Source: an uncultured delta proteobacterium (GTDB lineage Bacteria > Desulfobacterota > Binatia > UBA9968). From it: a stretch of DNA of 64,000 nt. The translations under genes were made by a program, and so were the position numbers. Position 1 is the first letter of the stretch, and each line of letters starts with the position of its first letter. This document shows positions 45,623-55,396 of this stretch, piece by piece. Below the pieces are notes generated by a model. That model searched no databases and was not told the origin of the DNA. It worked only from the letters and a program-made list of their open reading frames with translations. The stretch is from NCBI GenBank assembly GCA_963760795.1, contig CAVXEP010000020.1:128001-192000 (forward strand), read 5' to 3'.

Positions 45623-45665
45623 AGGTCAACTCCTTTCGACTCTCCATTATCCCATCCGGTCCAAC

Positions 45666-45680
45666 CTGTCCACTGGACAG
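45666..45680. promoter_or_regulatory. Palindromic operator-like site in a divergent intergenic region
   Basis: CTGTCCA-C-TGGACAG. Confidence 0.4.
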
Positions 45681-45749
45681 ACAGAGAAACGACGATTGAC
45701 TTCCGCAGATCATTCAACTTACATTTGCGACGCTCGAAGCGGAGGACAT

Positions 45750-46715
45750 ATGGCAAATAGAACCATCACCATCGGTATGCGCGACTACGATCACTGCCGC
45801 GCCCTGGCCAACGGCCGCGTCAAAGTCGAGGGCGCCGATCTCAAGTTCGTCAATATCTCGCCGCCGTCGCAAATTTTCTTACGCATGCTGCACGACGAGG
45901 AGTTCGACGCGTCGGAAATGTCGCTGTCGAATTTCATGATCGCCATGGGCAAGGACGACCGCCGCTTCGTCGCTATTCCAATCTTTCCATCGCGGGTGTT
46001 TCGCCATTCCTATATCTGGATCAATACCAAGGCCGGCATCGCCAAGCCGGCCGATCTCAAAGGCAAAAAGGTTGGAATCGCCGATTACTCGATGACCGCG
46101 CTCTTGTTCGTGCGCGGCCTGTTGCAACATGAATACGGCGTCATGCCCGAAGATATCCACTGGTTTCGCCGCCGTGCCGAGCATGTCGCCGTCGAGATTC
46201 CGGCAGGTATACGCATCGACAACATCGGCAAAGATCAGACCCTCGACGGCCTGCTCGAGGCCGGCGAGCTCGATGCCGTCGCCGTGACCTCGCCGCCGCG
46301 CGCGTTTCTCCAGGGTTCGCCTTTGGTTGCGCGGCTGTTTCCCGACTGCCGCGCCGTCGAAGCGGACTATTACCGGCGGACGAAGATATATCCGATCATG
46401 CACATGACGGTGATGCGCCGGGCGATTTACGAACAAGACCCGACATTGGCAGTCCGCCTGTCGCAAGGCTTTCAAGCCGCCAAGGAGCTCGCCTTCGAGG
46501 ATTATGACGAAGGCCTGGCGTCGCTACCGTGGGTCAATTTGGATATGGAATTCGCCCACCAGGTACTCGGCGCCGATGTCGCCCCCTACGGCGTCAAGCA
46601 CAACGCGGCGACATTAGAAGCGGCGACGCTCTACTCGCACGAACAGGGGCTAACCAAGCGCAAATTCGCCGTCGACGAATTGTTCGCCAAAGAAACTTTG
46701 GATCTGTTTTCCTGA
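45750..46715 (+). CDS. 4,5-dihydroxyphthalate decarboxylase-like protein (SBP fold, no signal peptide)
   Basis: DYDH, FDASEMSLS, PIFPSRVFRHS, YPIMH and PYG..N motifs. Confidence 0.82.
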   Translation: MANRTITIGMRDYDHCRALANGRVKVEGADLKFVNISPPSQIFLRMLHDEEFDASEMSLSNFMIAMGKDDRRFVAIPIFPSRVFRHSYIWINTKAGIAKPADLKGKKVGIADYSMTALLFVRGLLQHEYGVMPEDIHWFRRRAEHVAVEIPAGIRIDNIGKDQTLDGLLEAGELDAVAVTSPPRAFLQGSPLVARLFPDCRAVEADYYRRTKIYPIMHMTVMRRAIYEQDPTLAVRLSQGFQAAKELAFEDYDEGLASLPWVNLDMEFAHQVLGADVAPYGVKHNAATLEAATLYSHEQGLTKRKFAVDELFAKETLDLFS

Positions 46716-46732
46716 GATGAATACCGCGCCGG

Positions 46733-47749
46733 TTATTTGATCTTCTTGCGCAGCTCCGCTAGAAAGCCGCTCGACTCCAGTTGACGAACGAAGCTTGCGT
46801 CGATGACTTGATCGAGATCGACCTGGACAATCTTCGGGTTGATACGCGCAACGATGCGTTGAACAGCTTTGAAGGCCGCGACATTTGGCGCTAGGTCGAG
46901 GGTAGTCATCTTGCGCAACACTTTGTAAGAGCCTTCGATCACCTCGGGGCGACTCAGACGCAGATTTCGCTGCACGACTTTGGAGACGTCCGATTTATTA
47001 TTGTCGTCGAGGATGTAAGCAACGGACTCGGCCAACCCTTTGATGACGCGCGAGTAAAATTCGTTGCGGCTGGCGACGGATTCTTTCAGCCCGCAAATTT
47101 CCGGCCCCTGGTAAGGAGCTGAAATATCGGCGGCGTCGATCAATGATTTGAATCCCTGCGGGTATAATGTCTCGCTCAAACCGTAGGTGATGACGCCGAA
47201 GTCGATGTTATTGGTGATCATCGCCTGGGCCAGAGTCGCTTCGTCGCCGATGACGCGCACTTTGATGCCGTACTTATCCGGATCGACGCCGAGGTGATCC
47301 AAGATAATCATCGTTTGCAGCCACAAACCGCCGCCGATACTTTGCACGCCGACGGTTTTGCCACGCAAGTCTTCCGCGCCCTTTAACTCTTTGCGAACCA
47401 TGAGATTGCGCGGGATCTTATTCACCGGGCCACCGATACAGGTGAGCTTGATGCCACCGGATACGGTGCTCAAAATCGTCGACTGCGCCGGCCAAACTGC
47501 TTCGACTTCTTTCGCGACCAAAGTCGCGATGCTCAGCGCGCCATTACGCACCTGAACCATCTGCGCTTCGATACCATATTTCTTAAACATGCCGCGCTCG
47601 ATGCCAACCCACATCGACGTTGCGGTTTCATTGAATCCGCCGTAGGAAACCCGGAACCGCTCCTGTGCCTCAGCAAATGGGCTTACACCGAGCATGCAGA
47701 CCATCAACGCCAATCGGTAATACCGTCCCAGCTCATTCAGCATTCTCAT
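46733..47749 (-). CDS. ABC substrate-binding protein, NMT1 family
   Basis: GMFKKYGIE, LRGKTVGVQSIGG and DASFVRQLESSGF motifs. Confidence 0.86.
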   Translation of the reverse strand: MRMLNELGRYYRLALMVCMLGVSPFAEAQERFRVSYGGFNETATSMWVGIERGMFKKYGIEAQMVQVRNGALSIATLVAKEVEAVWPAQSTILSTVSGGIKLTCIGGPVNKIPRNLMVRKELKGAEDLRGKTVGVQSIGGGLWLQTMIILDHLGVDPDKYGIKVRVIGDEATLAQAMITNNIDFGVITYGLSETLYPQGFKSLIDAADISAPYQGPEICGLKESVASRNEFYSRVIKGLAESVAYILDDNNKSDVSKVVQRNLRLSRPEVIEGSYKVLRKMTTLDLAPNVAAFKAVQRIVARINPKIVQVDLDQVIDASFVRQLESSGFLAELRKKIK

Positions 47750-47820
47750 TGAGGCTTCCCCCTGGCGAGACTAATACGCTAGTTCTATGCGGCGTCGATT
47801 TGCCTGGCTCAGCCGGTTCG

Positions 47821-48561
47821 CTAATTCGCGCTGCGCAGACTTTCCATCAGGCGTCCAAAACCCGCTCGACAGTCGTTGATCCGCAGCGCCTTGAGCGCAC
47901 CCCAAACCATCGCAGCCGGTGCGGCGACGACGGTCTTACCGGTGTCTGCTTCCAATGCCGCGATAATATCCACCGAAGGCCAGCGCGGACAGGCGATATA
48001 AATCGCGTCAGCTTCGGGATGTTGTTTGGAGAGATCGCGCGCCATCGTAAATGGCGCATCGGGCGACTGACTGGCGAAGTCGATATTTTTCGTCAAACCC
48101 AATCCTCGGGTCGCCGCCACTGTGAAGCCGCTCGCTTCGAGAAAGTTTTTGATCTCCTGATTGCGCGCGTCGATGAACGGACTGACGACAAGCACCGAGC
48201 GAGCGCCCAGCGTACGCAATCCGTCGACCACCGCGCCGTTCGCCGTGACCACCGGCAACTGAGTCTCGCGGCGTAGTAGTTCGGTCAATTCGGCGTCGCC
48301 AGCCACGCCCTTAGACAACGCCACGGGCGCGCCGCCGCAGATAAGCACATCGACTTTTTCCGCGGCCAAGCGCTTGCCGGCATCGACCATGCGTCCGAAC
48401 GCCTCAGCAGCCTGTTCCGCGCCGAGAGTTTGAATCGGCTCGCTGATCGTCAGACCTACATGCAGCACTCCCGCGGGCAACAACTTGCGCATTTCTTCGC
48501 CCGACGTGTCGAGTATCGCCGGGGCAATATGACCGATTCGTGCTCGCCAACCGTAACGCAT
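47821..48561 (-). CDS. Asp/Glu racemase superfamily, arylmalonate decarboxylase/maleate isomerase-like
   Basis: YGWRARIG, VVSPF, ADAIYIAC, LEADTGKTVV and GFGRL motifs. Confidence 0.82.
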   Translation of the reverse strand: MRYGWRARIGHIAPAILDTSGEEMRKLLPAGVLHVGLTISEPIQTLGAEQAAEAFGRMVDAGKRLAAEKVDVLICGGAPVALSKGVAGDAELTELLRRETQLPVVTANGAVVDGLRTLGARSVLVVSPFIDARNQEIKNFLEASGFTVAATRGLGLTKNIDFASQSPDAPFTMARDLSKQHPEADAIYIACPRWPSVDIIAALEADTGKTVVAAPAAMVWGALKALRINDCRAGFGRLMESLRSAN

Positions 48562-48717
48562 GAAATTCACCTTTTTCTGGCTCGGCTGAGTTATCGCTCA
48601 TGCACAAGCAGCGAAGTGCGAACCTAACAAACGCCCGCTTTCTATGTCAATCGATAGCCACGACTATGGTCGGATCCTTTGCGTCAAATCGGTCGCCGAC
48701 TCGTATTACGCCGCAGC

Positions 48718-48757
48718 AAAAAAAAAGGCCCGTGTCATCACGACACGGGCCTTTTTT
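48718..48757. terminator. Bidirectional intrinsic terminator downstream of pal
   Basis: A-run GGCCCGTGTC-ATCAC-GACACGGGCC T-run. Confidence 0.85.
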
Positions 48758-48781
48758 CGAATTGATTATTAGGAACGGATG

Positions 48782-49346
48782 TTACTTGGCCGCACTGCTG
48801 ACAAACCGCGCGCGCCGATTTTGCACCCAGCAGGCTTCAGTCTGTTCTTTGCACATGAGGGATTTCTTCGCCGTAGCTGATCGTCGACATGCGGTTGGCG
48901 GCGACACCCAAAGTGGCTAAGTAATCCATCGATGCTTGGGCGCGCTTTGCGCCAAGCGCCATGTTGTAATCAGCCGCGCCCCGTTCATCGCAATGGCCTT
49001 CGATCTGAATCCGCACCGTAGCATTGGCCTTGAGCCAATCAGCGTTGCTTTTCAACGTCGCCCGGGCAGCATCGGAAAGCGCAGCGCTATCGAAGTTGAA
49101 ACCGACGTCTTTCAACGGTCCACTCGTCGCCGCTTCGCCCTTTTGCAAAGCTTCTAAGCTCGTCTTTTCTTCCGCTTTCGGCGGCACAGGCGGTGGCTTG
49201 GGCGCTGCCGGTTTTGCCGCTATAGCCGGGGGATTTTCCCCCGTCCATTTCGGTGGCGGTGGATTTGCGGGATTACCGCATGAAACCAAAAAAGTAACCG
49301 CCAGTAATTTCAATCCAATGTGCAGAATCCGCTGTTGATCCCCCAT
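48782..49346 (-). CDS. pal: Peptidoglycan-associated lipoprotein (OmpA C-terminal domain); frameshift near 48858
   Basis: Lipobox LVSC; FNFDSA, IEGHCDERG..YNMALG, SYGEE and NRRA motifs. Confidence 0.87.
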
Positions 49347-49513
49347 CAAAACCACCTTTCCAGCCCCGGCCCTTGACTGATTTAATTGACTAATTGTGAT
49401 GTATTGCAGCGAACCTGTCAACCATTTCAATACACAAAACAAAATTATATAAAATACCAAATTTAACCGTAAAGTTACCGAAAGCTCCGATTATTCAGCG
49501 TTTCAGTCGCCTA

Positions 49514-50677
49514 TTAAACAGACGGTATCAATCTTAAACCATAAAGCTTTGGCAGCGACACGATCAATCGGCGCCAATTCTGTCCCGCGTCATTGCTCGC
49601 GTAGACCGAACCATCGGTATAGCCGACGCACAAAGTGTTGGGGTCCTGCGGATGGCTGGCAAAGCCGCAGGTCATGTGTTCCGTGCCAGCGGGCAGGCCA
49701 GTTTTGAGATAGCTCCAGGTGTTGCCCGCGTCATCGCTGCGCAAGATCTGGGTCTTGGCACCGCCGGTCTCGGCGGTCGCGTTGCGGCTAAACTTGACCG
49801 TATTGTACGGGCCGGCGCGTACCGTCCGGTAACCGGCCCAGGTCGCGGGACCGTTTTCCGCCGCGCCAAGAAAAATCCTGTCTGGGACTGCTGGATGGTT
49901 GGTCATGGGAATCGCGTAGGCGCGCCCCAAACCATACTCACACTTGGTCCAGTTTTTCCCGCCATCGTCGGTACGATAAGTGCCGATACCGGTGCTGGCG
50001 AATAACGTCTCCAAGCGCGTCGGATGGCGCGTCACCCAGTGGACATCGCGATAGACACGACCCTCTTCATGTCTGCCCATCTCGTAAGGCACGATGCCTG
50101 CTGCATCGTTGACCTTGGGAAATGCCGTCGGACTCGCCGGTCCGCTGATATCTTCCCAAGTCACGCCGCGGTCGCGGCTGCGTGCCACGCCGCCCTCTTC
50201 GATACCGACAATGATCTCGTCCGGCACTCGCCCATCGAGCGCAATCGAGCGCGCGTGGGCGACATGGGCGCCGGGAGGGAAAGTCCATTTGTTGTAGTCG
50301 GGCAAATTGCGAAACGTCGCCAGTTCGCGAAACGACCGGCCGCCGTTGTCGCTGACATAAACCGCCGCCGGCAGCGTGCCGACGTAGATTTCATTGGGCC
50401 GCGTCGGATGCACGGCCATGGTCCAAATATCCCGGTAGTCGATACCGCCGGAGGGCAGCCACTGCCAGCTCTCACCGTTATTTTCGCTGACATGGATCTC
50501 GGTCAGCGTCGCGGCATAAAGTTTTTTCGGATTAAAGGGATCGCGCGCCACCTCGCGCACGGTCTCGCCGTCCATGGCGCTGTTGAGAATCTCAAGATTT
50601 TCGCTCCGGCCGTCCCACCGGCAACGCAGCAGTCTTTCCGCGCCCAACAAGAACAGTTGCAGGTTCGTTTCTGCCAT
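49514..50677 (-). CDS. BNR/Asp-box beta-propeller protein
   Basis: Repeated SxDxGxTW boxes (SENNGESW, SRDRGVTW, TDDGGKNW, SDDAGNTW, SNDAGQNW). Confidence 0.8.
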   Translation of the reverse strand: MAETNLQLFLLGAERLLRCRWDGRSENLEILNSAMDGETVREVARDPFNPKKLYAATLTEIHVSENNGESWQWLPSGGIDYRDIWTMAVHPTRPNEIYVGTLPAAVYVSDNGGRSFRELATFRNLPDYNKWTFPPGAHVAHARSIALDGRVPDEIIVGIEEGGVARSRDRGVTWEDISGPASPTAFPKVNDAAGIVPYEMGRHEEGRVYRDVHWVTRHPTRLETLFASTGIGTYRTDDGGKNWTKCEYGLGRAYAIPMTNHPAVPDRIFLGAAENGPATWAGYRTVRAGPYNTVKFSRNATAETGGAKTQILRSDDAGNTWSYLKTGLPAGTEHMTCGFASHPQDPNTLCVGYTDGSVYASNDAGQNWRRLIVSLPKLYGLRLIPSV

Positions 50678-50821
50678 AACTTACCTCCGCCGAGTTTATG
50701 ATTGGTGTGTACTGATCAGCAATACGCTAAGCAAAACCTCCCGCGCCGTCAAGCCATAATCCACCAATGGTAGAAATACGCTGGATATTCATCCCGCTTT
50801 TGCATTACATTGGCCGTCATC

Positions 50822-51707
50822 ATGCGACCGGTAAAGCCGCCCAACCCCAATCCCCACGCGCCGCGCTATAAGTTGCCTGCCGGCGCCTGCGACTGCCATC
50901 TGCATGTTTATGGCCCCTTCGAGCGTTACCCGCTGGTCGCCGAGCGCGGCTACGATCCCGATCCACACTCGACTCTGGATGATTATTTGCAAACTCATCA
51001 CGCTCTCGGCTTGGAACGCGCCGTCATCGTCACTGGCAGCGGCAATGGCACCAACAATCGCATCACCCTGGACGCGCTCAAGCGCATGAACGGCGCCTTC
51101 AAAGGTCTCGCGCTACTCGACCCGGCTATTGCCGACGCACAACTACGCGAACTGAAAGATGGCGGATTCAGCGGCTTTCGGATTAAAGCCAACGGCCGCG
51201 GCGGGCTTTCCTTCGACGACACCAAGCGGATGATCGCGCGCACTCAGGGGTTCAACTGGCACGTCGAGTTCATGTCGCAATCCCTGGCGGAGGTGATCGC
51301 CGCCGTGCCGTTTTTAGATTCCCTCAAAGTCCCATACATGTTCGACCATGTCGCCCACGCCGAGCCGCACATGACCGGCGAGAATAGTGAATTCGCCGAA
51401 ATTGCTGCGAATTCTTAAAAACGAAGAGCACGCCTGGATCAATCTCTACAGCTTCTACCAGCTGTCAAAATCCGGCCCAGCCGATTACCAGGACATGGTC
51501 GGTGTCGTGCAAACGATCGTCGCCAACCGGTCCGACAACATCGTGTGGGGCAGCAATTGGCCCCATGGCGGCGTGGCTGTGCCGATGCCCGACGACGGCG
51601 ACCTGCTCGATTTCCTCTTCACTGCCGTGCCCGACGAAAAAATCCGCGATGCCATTCTCGCCGCCAACCCGGCAAAGCTCTACGGTTGGGCCTGCATAGT
51701 CCCATAA
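50822..51707 (+). CDS. Amidohydrolase, 2-pyrone-4,6-dicarboxylate lactonase (LigI)-like; frameshift near 51405
   Basis: PAGACDCHLHVYG, FDH, WGSNWPH and NPAKLYG motifs. Confidence 0.82.
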
Positions 51708-51787
51708 ACGATTGGAACAATTGGAACTGCTGGAACTGAGTATAGCAAATCCGACCGTGAACTTTTGAAACCTTGAACCTTGAACAA
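51708..51787. repeat. TGGAAC/TTGAAC periodic repeats
   Basis: TTGGAACAATTGGAACTGCTGGAACT; TGAACTTTTGAAACCTTGAACCTTGAAC. Confidence 0.6.
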
Positions 51788-51804
51788 CTCCGCAGGAGGT
51801 AAAT

Positions 51805-52530
51805 ATGTACGGCTGGCGCGCTCGCATCGGTCACGTCGCCCCATCGCGCGGCGACACCCTGGTTTACGAATTCTACAAAATGTTTCCCGAAGGCTTCATG
51901 ATGCTCAACACCACCGGCACCGTGCGCCAGTTGGTCGACAGCGACTTCGAGGCGCAACTGAGCCGCATCGAAGAAGCGACCCAGGACTTGGTCGACAACA
52001 ACTGCGATTCGATAATCTTTAGCGGCTCGCCGCTGTTCACCCGCTTGCCTTTTGGTGCCGACCGGGAGCTCGGCAAAAAACTTTCCGACAAATTCGGCGT
52101 TCCCGTGGCCGCCGGTTTGACCGCCGAAGTCGAAGCACTCAAAGCGATGAAATGCGCAAAGCTCGTCGTCGGCACACCCTACGAAGACGAGATCAATCAG
52201 CGGCTCAAGCGCCATCTCGAACAGTGCGGCTTCGAAGTCTTACAGATCGCCGGCTACGGCGTGCGCAAAAACGCCCAGCTCACCGACCTGCCGGTACACG
52301 CCTCGTACAAGATCGCCAAGCGGCTCTATGCCAAAGCGCGCGACGCCGATGGGGTTTTCATCCCCTGCCCGCGCTGGCCGACCATTACCGACGTCCAGCT
52401 CCTCGAAGACGAAATCGGCAAGCCGGTCATCACCAGCAGCTTGGCCTGTAGCTGGTATGCCATGACATTGATCGACATTAGGGAAAAAGTGAAAGGTTTT
52501 GGCAGCTTGATGGAAAGTTTGGCACCTTAG
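51805..52530 (+). CDS. Arylmalonate decarboxylase/maleate isomerase-like protein (paralog of 47821)
   Basis: YGWRARIGH, GTPY, ADGVFIPCPRW and IGKPVITS motifs. Confidence 0.83.
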   Translation: MYGWRARIGHVAPSRGDTLVYEFYKMFPEGFMMLNTTGTVRQLVDSDFEAQLSRIEEATQDLVDNNCDSIIFSGSPLFTRLPFGADRELGKKLSDKFGVPVAAGLTAEVEALKAMKCAKLVVGTPYEDEINQRLKRHLEQCGFEVLQIAGYGVRKNAQLTDLPVHASYKIAKRLYAKARDADGVFIPCPRWPTITDVQLLEDEIGKPVITSSLACSWYAMTLIDIREKVKGFGSLMESLAP

Positions 52531-52616
52531 TGGTCGAGCTCAATTTTTCATCGGCTGTAGCCATTTTTCGTTTCTTACGTCTAACTGACAGACAAAACCT
52601 TGAAGGAGAAAAGCAT

Positions 52617-53093
52617 ATGTCGTGGATCAAAGCAGCATTTCTAACCGGTTTGCTTAGCAGCCTACTGATAAACGCTACGCCGCAAGCCATGGCGGCCGAT
52701 GGGGACCACCGGGGTGGCCGCGGTTGCCAGCGCGGCGATCGCATAAATATTCAGGATCTCGATATGTCGCCGGACCCGATTGTCGAAGGCCAGCGGGTTC
52801 GCGCCTGGAAGGTACGCATCAATTTCGAGCGCGGGCGCGAATGCGAAACCGATGTTGTGGTCCGCGAGGGTAACAACGTCGTCGGTCAATTCCGGAATTT
52901 CAAAATGCGCCCTGGCGTGAATGAGCTCGAGATTCCCGCCGTTGAGGGCTTCCGCCATACCGGCCGCGAACACTGTTTCAATGTTCAGGTAGACCTCGAC
53001 GGGTCGCGCCAGCAGGTCGACGCCGCGCGCCGTTTCTGCGCCCGCCAGCGTCCCATGTGGAGCATGCGCGAAGCCGGCGATCGTGGCCGCTAA
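52617..53093 (+). CDS. Secreted hypothetical beta-rich protein with 4 Cys
   Basis: AGGAG RBS; signal peptide ending AMA; alternating beta-strand pattern. Confidence 0.7.
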   Translation: MSWIKAAFLTGLLSSLLINATPQAMAADGDHRGGRGCQRGDRINIQDLDMSPDPIVEGQRVRAWKVRINFERGRECETDVVVREGNNVVGQFRNFKMRPGVNELEIPAVEGFRHTGREHCFNVQVDLDGSRQQVDAARRFCARQRPMWSMREAGDRGR

Positions 53094-53120
53094 CCCATCG
53101 ATAATGCATGCCAGGAAATA

Positions 53121-53170
53121 AAAGACTTGCGACAGAGAACCGCGCGAGCGGTTCTCTGTCGCGGTCTTTT
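53121..53170. terminator. Bidirectional terminator
   Basis: GCGACAGAGAACCGC-GCGA-GCGGTTCTCTGTCGC followed by GTCTTTT. Confidence 0.8.
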
Positions 53171-54031
53171 CATCGTTTGCGCATTACCACCAGCGCTGTA
53201 CCGGCGAGAATCAATCCACACCCCACAATCATCAAGGTTGTGACCATTTCGCCGAGAAATAGCCCCGCCCAGATCATCGTGAAGGCCGGCATCAAAAATG
53301 TGACAGTCAGAGATCTGGTCGGACCGATATCGGCGATCAAGCGGAAATACAACAAAAACGCCACGCCGCTACTCAATAATGCAAACAAGATCATATTCAC
53401 TGCGATAAAGACCGTCACTGGCCCCGGTAGCGGCGCCAACGGCGTCAATGGCAGCAACAATAGACTCGCCATCAATTGACTGCCGCAGGCGATTGCGCGT
53501 GGATTCGCCGCGGCGGCGAACTTCTTGGTATAAACGCTGACGAATCCGTAACTCATGCGCCGCTAACAGACAAGCGACCATCGCCCAAGTCGTTGAACCG
53601 CCTGCCGCGGCGGGCGCGACACCGGTGACGAGAGCGACACCGGCGATGCCGAAAACAAAGCCGACACACTTCGGCAGCGTGATCTTCTCGCCGAGCCATA
53701 GCCCTGCGAACAGCGCGCCAAAGAATGGCGAGGTCGCGTTAAGAATCGCCGAGTAGGAGGCCGGAATATGCAGCGCGGCAAAGGCGAAGAGGGCAAACGG
53801 CAGCGCGGCATTGAACGCGCCAATGACTAGATACTGCTTCCAGAACCGTCGCCAGCCGACATCGAGACCGACGGTACGGCAATAAATCGCCAGCGCGCCC
53901 CAAGCGATCAGCACGCGCAGATCGGCAGTGACGATCGGTCCGAATACCGGCGCCACCACCCGGAGAAAGACAAACGATCCACCCCAGATCGCCGCGAGCA
54001 GCACCAGCCGAAAGATATCGCTCGCGCGCAT
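53170..54031 (-). CDS. DMT/EamA family transporter; frameshift near 53557
   Basis: AAIWGGSF, AILNATSPFF, LYFRLIADIGPT and FLGE motifs. Confidence 0.87.
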
Positions 54032-54132
54032 GAGGTTGCGAAAAAATTAGCAAGAGCGAATCGAACTGTTCAAGCCAGCGAAAACGATGCTAGCGTCTTA
54101 ACCGACGGGAATTTCGCCTTGAACGAACTTTT

Positions 54133-55263
54133 TTAACCCCAAACTCGTCGCGCCGTTTCGAGCATGACATCGAGCTTACGAAACTGCTCGTCCTCGCTCA
54201 GCAGGTTGCCGCGAATGCTCGAGGCAAAACCGCACTGCGGGCTCAGCGCCAGCTGGTCCAACGGCAGAAAGCGCGCCGCGTCATCGATCCGATGACACAA
54301 TTCGTCCACCGTCTCGACCCGGCCAAGTTTGGTCGTAATCAAACCCAGCACCGCGATTTTTCCCTTGGGAACAAACCGCAGCGGCTCGAAGCCGCCGGCG
54401 CGCGCCGTGTCGTATTCCAACAGCAAACGTTGATGATTGAGACCGTTGAATAGTTTCTCGGCGATGGCGTCGTACTTTCCTTCGCGATGCCACATGCTTT
54501 GCCGGTTGCCTCGGCAAATATGGATGCCAAAAGTCACTCCAGGAAAATTCGCAATCACTTCATTGTCGGCGCCAATGGAGCGCTCCATAATCGCCATCGG
54601 CTCCTCGCCTCGGGCGCGCATCGCGGCAATGGAATCTGCGTCGACATAGGCGGTGTAGCCGGGGCCGTCTATCCCGACGTAACGGCAGCCGGCTTGGGTT
54701 AACTCACCAAGCATCTCGCGCTCCACCGAAACCACATCGCGCAAAAATTCATCGGTCGATGGATACACCGCTTTCGACGCCTCGCTATCGTAGCACTGCT
54801 GAATTCGATCCGGGCCGATCAACGTCACTTTCACCGGCCGGTCGGTTAATTTCTGGGCAAAGCGAAAATCGTCGGCCAAGGTATTGCGAATCAACTTTAA
54901 CGGCGCGGTGACCCGCTTGCGATTGAGCAGGATCGGATCTTGGCCTTTATGCGTGCCTTCCTTGCCTTCATCTTTGCGCGCCAAGATGTCGTGATAGGTG
55001 CGCGCTCCCGCTTGCCATTCCTCGACACCGGCGACCACGGCAAATGACTCCATGAAGCTGGTGCGGCGAAACTCGCCGTCGACGACGATCGGTAGATCAT
55101 GCGCCGCTTGTTTGGCGACGACATCTTCAATCGCCGCGTCCTGTGCGCTGGCTAAATCAGCCTCGCTCGCTTTACCCTGGCCGTAGTCCGAAAAGGCCTG
55201 TTTAAGTTTTTCCGGTCGCAGTAAGCTGCCGACCAAGTCTACTCGCAGTGAATTCAGATCCAC
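54133..55263 (-). CDS. Cobalamin-independent methionine synthase II family protein
   Basis: VGSLLRP, DGEFRR, HICRGN, LEYD and SPQCGF (Zn ligands). Confidence 0.9.
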   Translation of the reverse strand: MDLNSLRVDLVGSLLRPEKLKQAFSDYGQGKASEADLASAQDAAIEDVVAKQAAHDLPIVVDGEFRRTSFMESFAVVAGVEEWQAGARTYHDILARKDEGKEGTHKGQDPILLNRKRVTAPLKLIRNTLADDFRFAQKLTDRPVKVTLIGPDRIQQCYDSEASKAVYPSTDEFLRDVVSVEREMLGELTQAGCRYVGIDGPGYTAYVDADSIAAMRARGEEPMAIMERSIGADNEVIANFPGVTFGIHICRGNRQSMWHREGKYDAIAEKLFNGLNHQRLLLEYDTARAGGFEPLRFVPKGKIAVLGLITTKLGRVETVDELCHRIDDAARFLPLDQLALSPQCGFASSIRGNLLSEDEQFRKLDVMLETARRVWG

Positions 55264-55289
55264 TCGTTTCCCTTTCTGCGTATATCGTT

Positions 55290-55370
55290 AACCAAGAGGG
55301 CGGGTTTAAAACCCGTCCCAATATCCCGACCTCTTGGAATTTATCTTGCGCCCTTTGCGCCTTTGCGGTT
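55290..55370. repeat. REP-like palindrome plus TTTGCG periodic repeat
   Basis: AACCAAGAGGGCGGGTTTAAAACCCGTCC (cf. 35912-35945); CTTGCGCCCTTTGCGCCTTTGCGG. Confidence 0.6.
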
Positions 55371-55396
55371 GATACTTTGAATCTGCAAACCGTCGA

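Noticed and set aside
48837-48860. Sec or premature TGA in pal (HVQRTD*)
   Set aside because: It is a frameshift; the alternative frame gives CKEQTEACWVQNRRARF.
49370-49500. AT-rich tract as foreign DNA or an origin
   Set aside because: Short and consistent with the pal promoter region; no DnaA boxes or iterons noticed.
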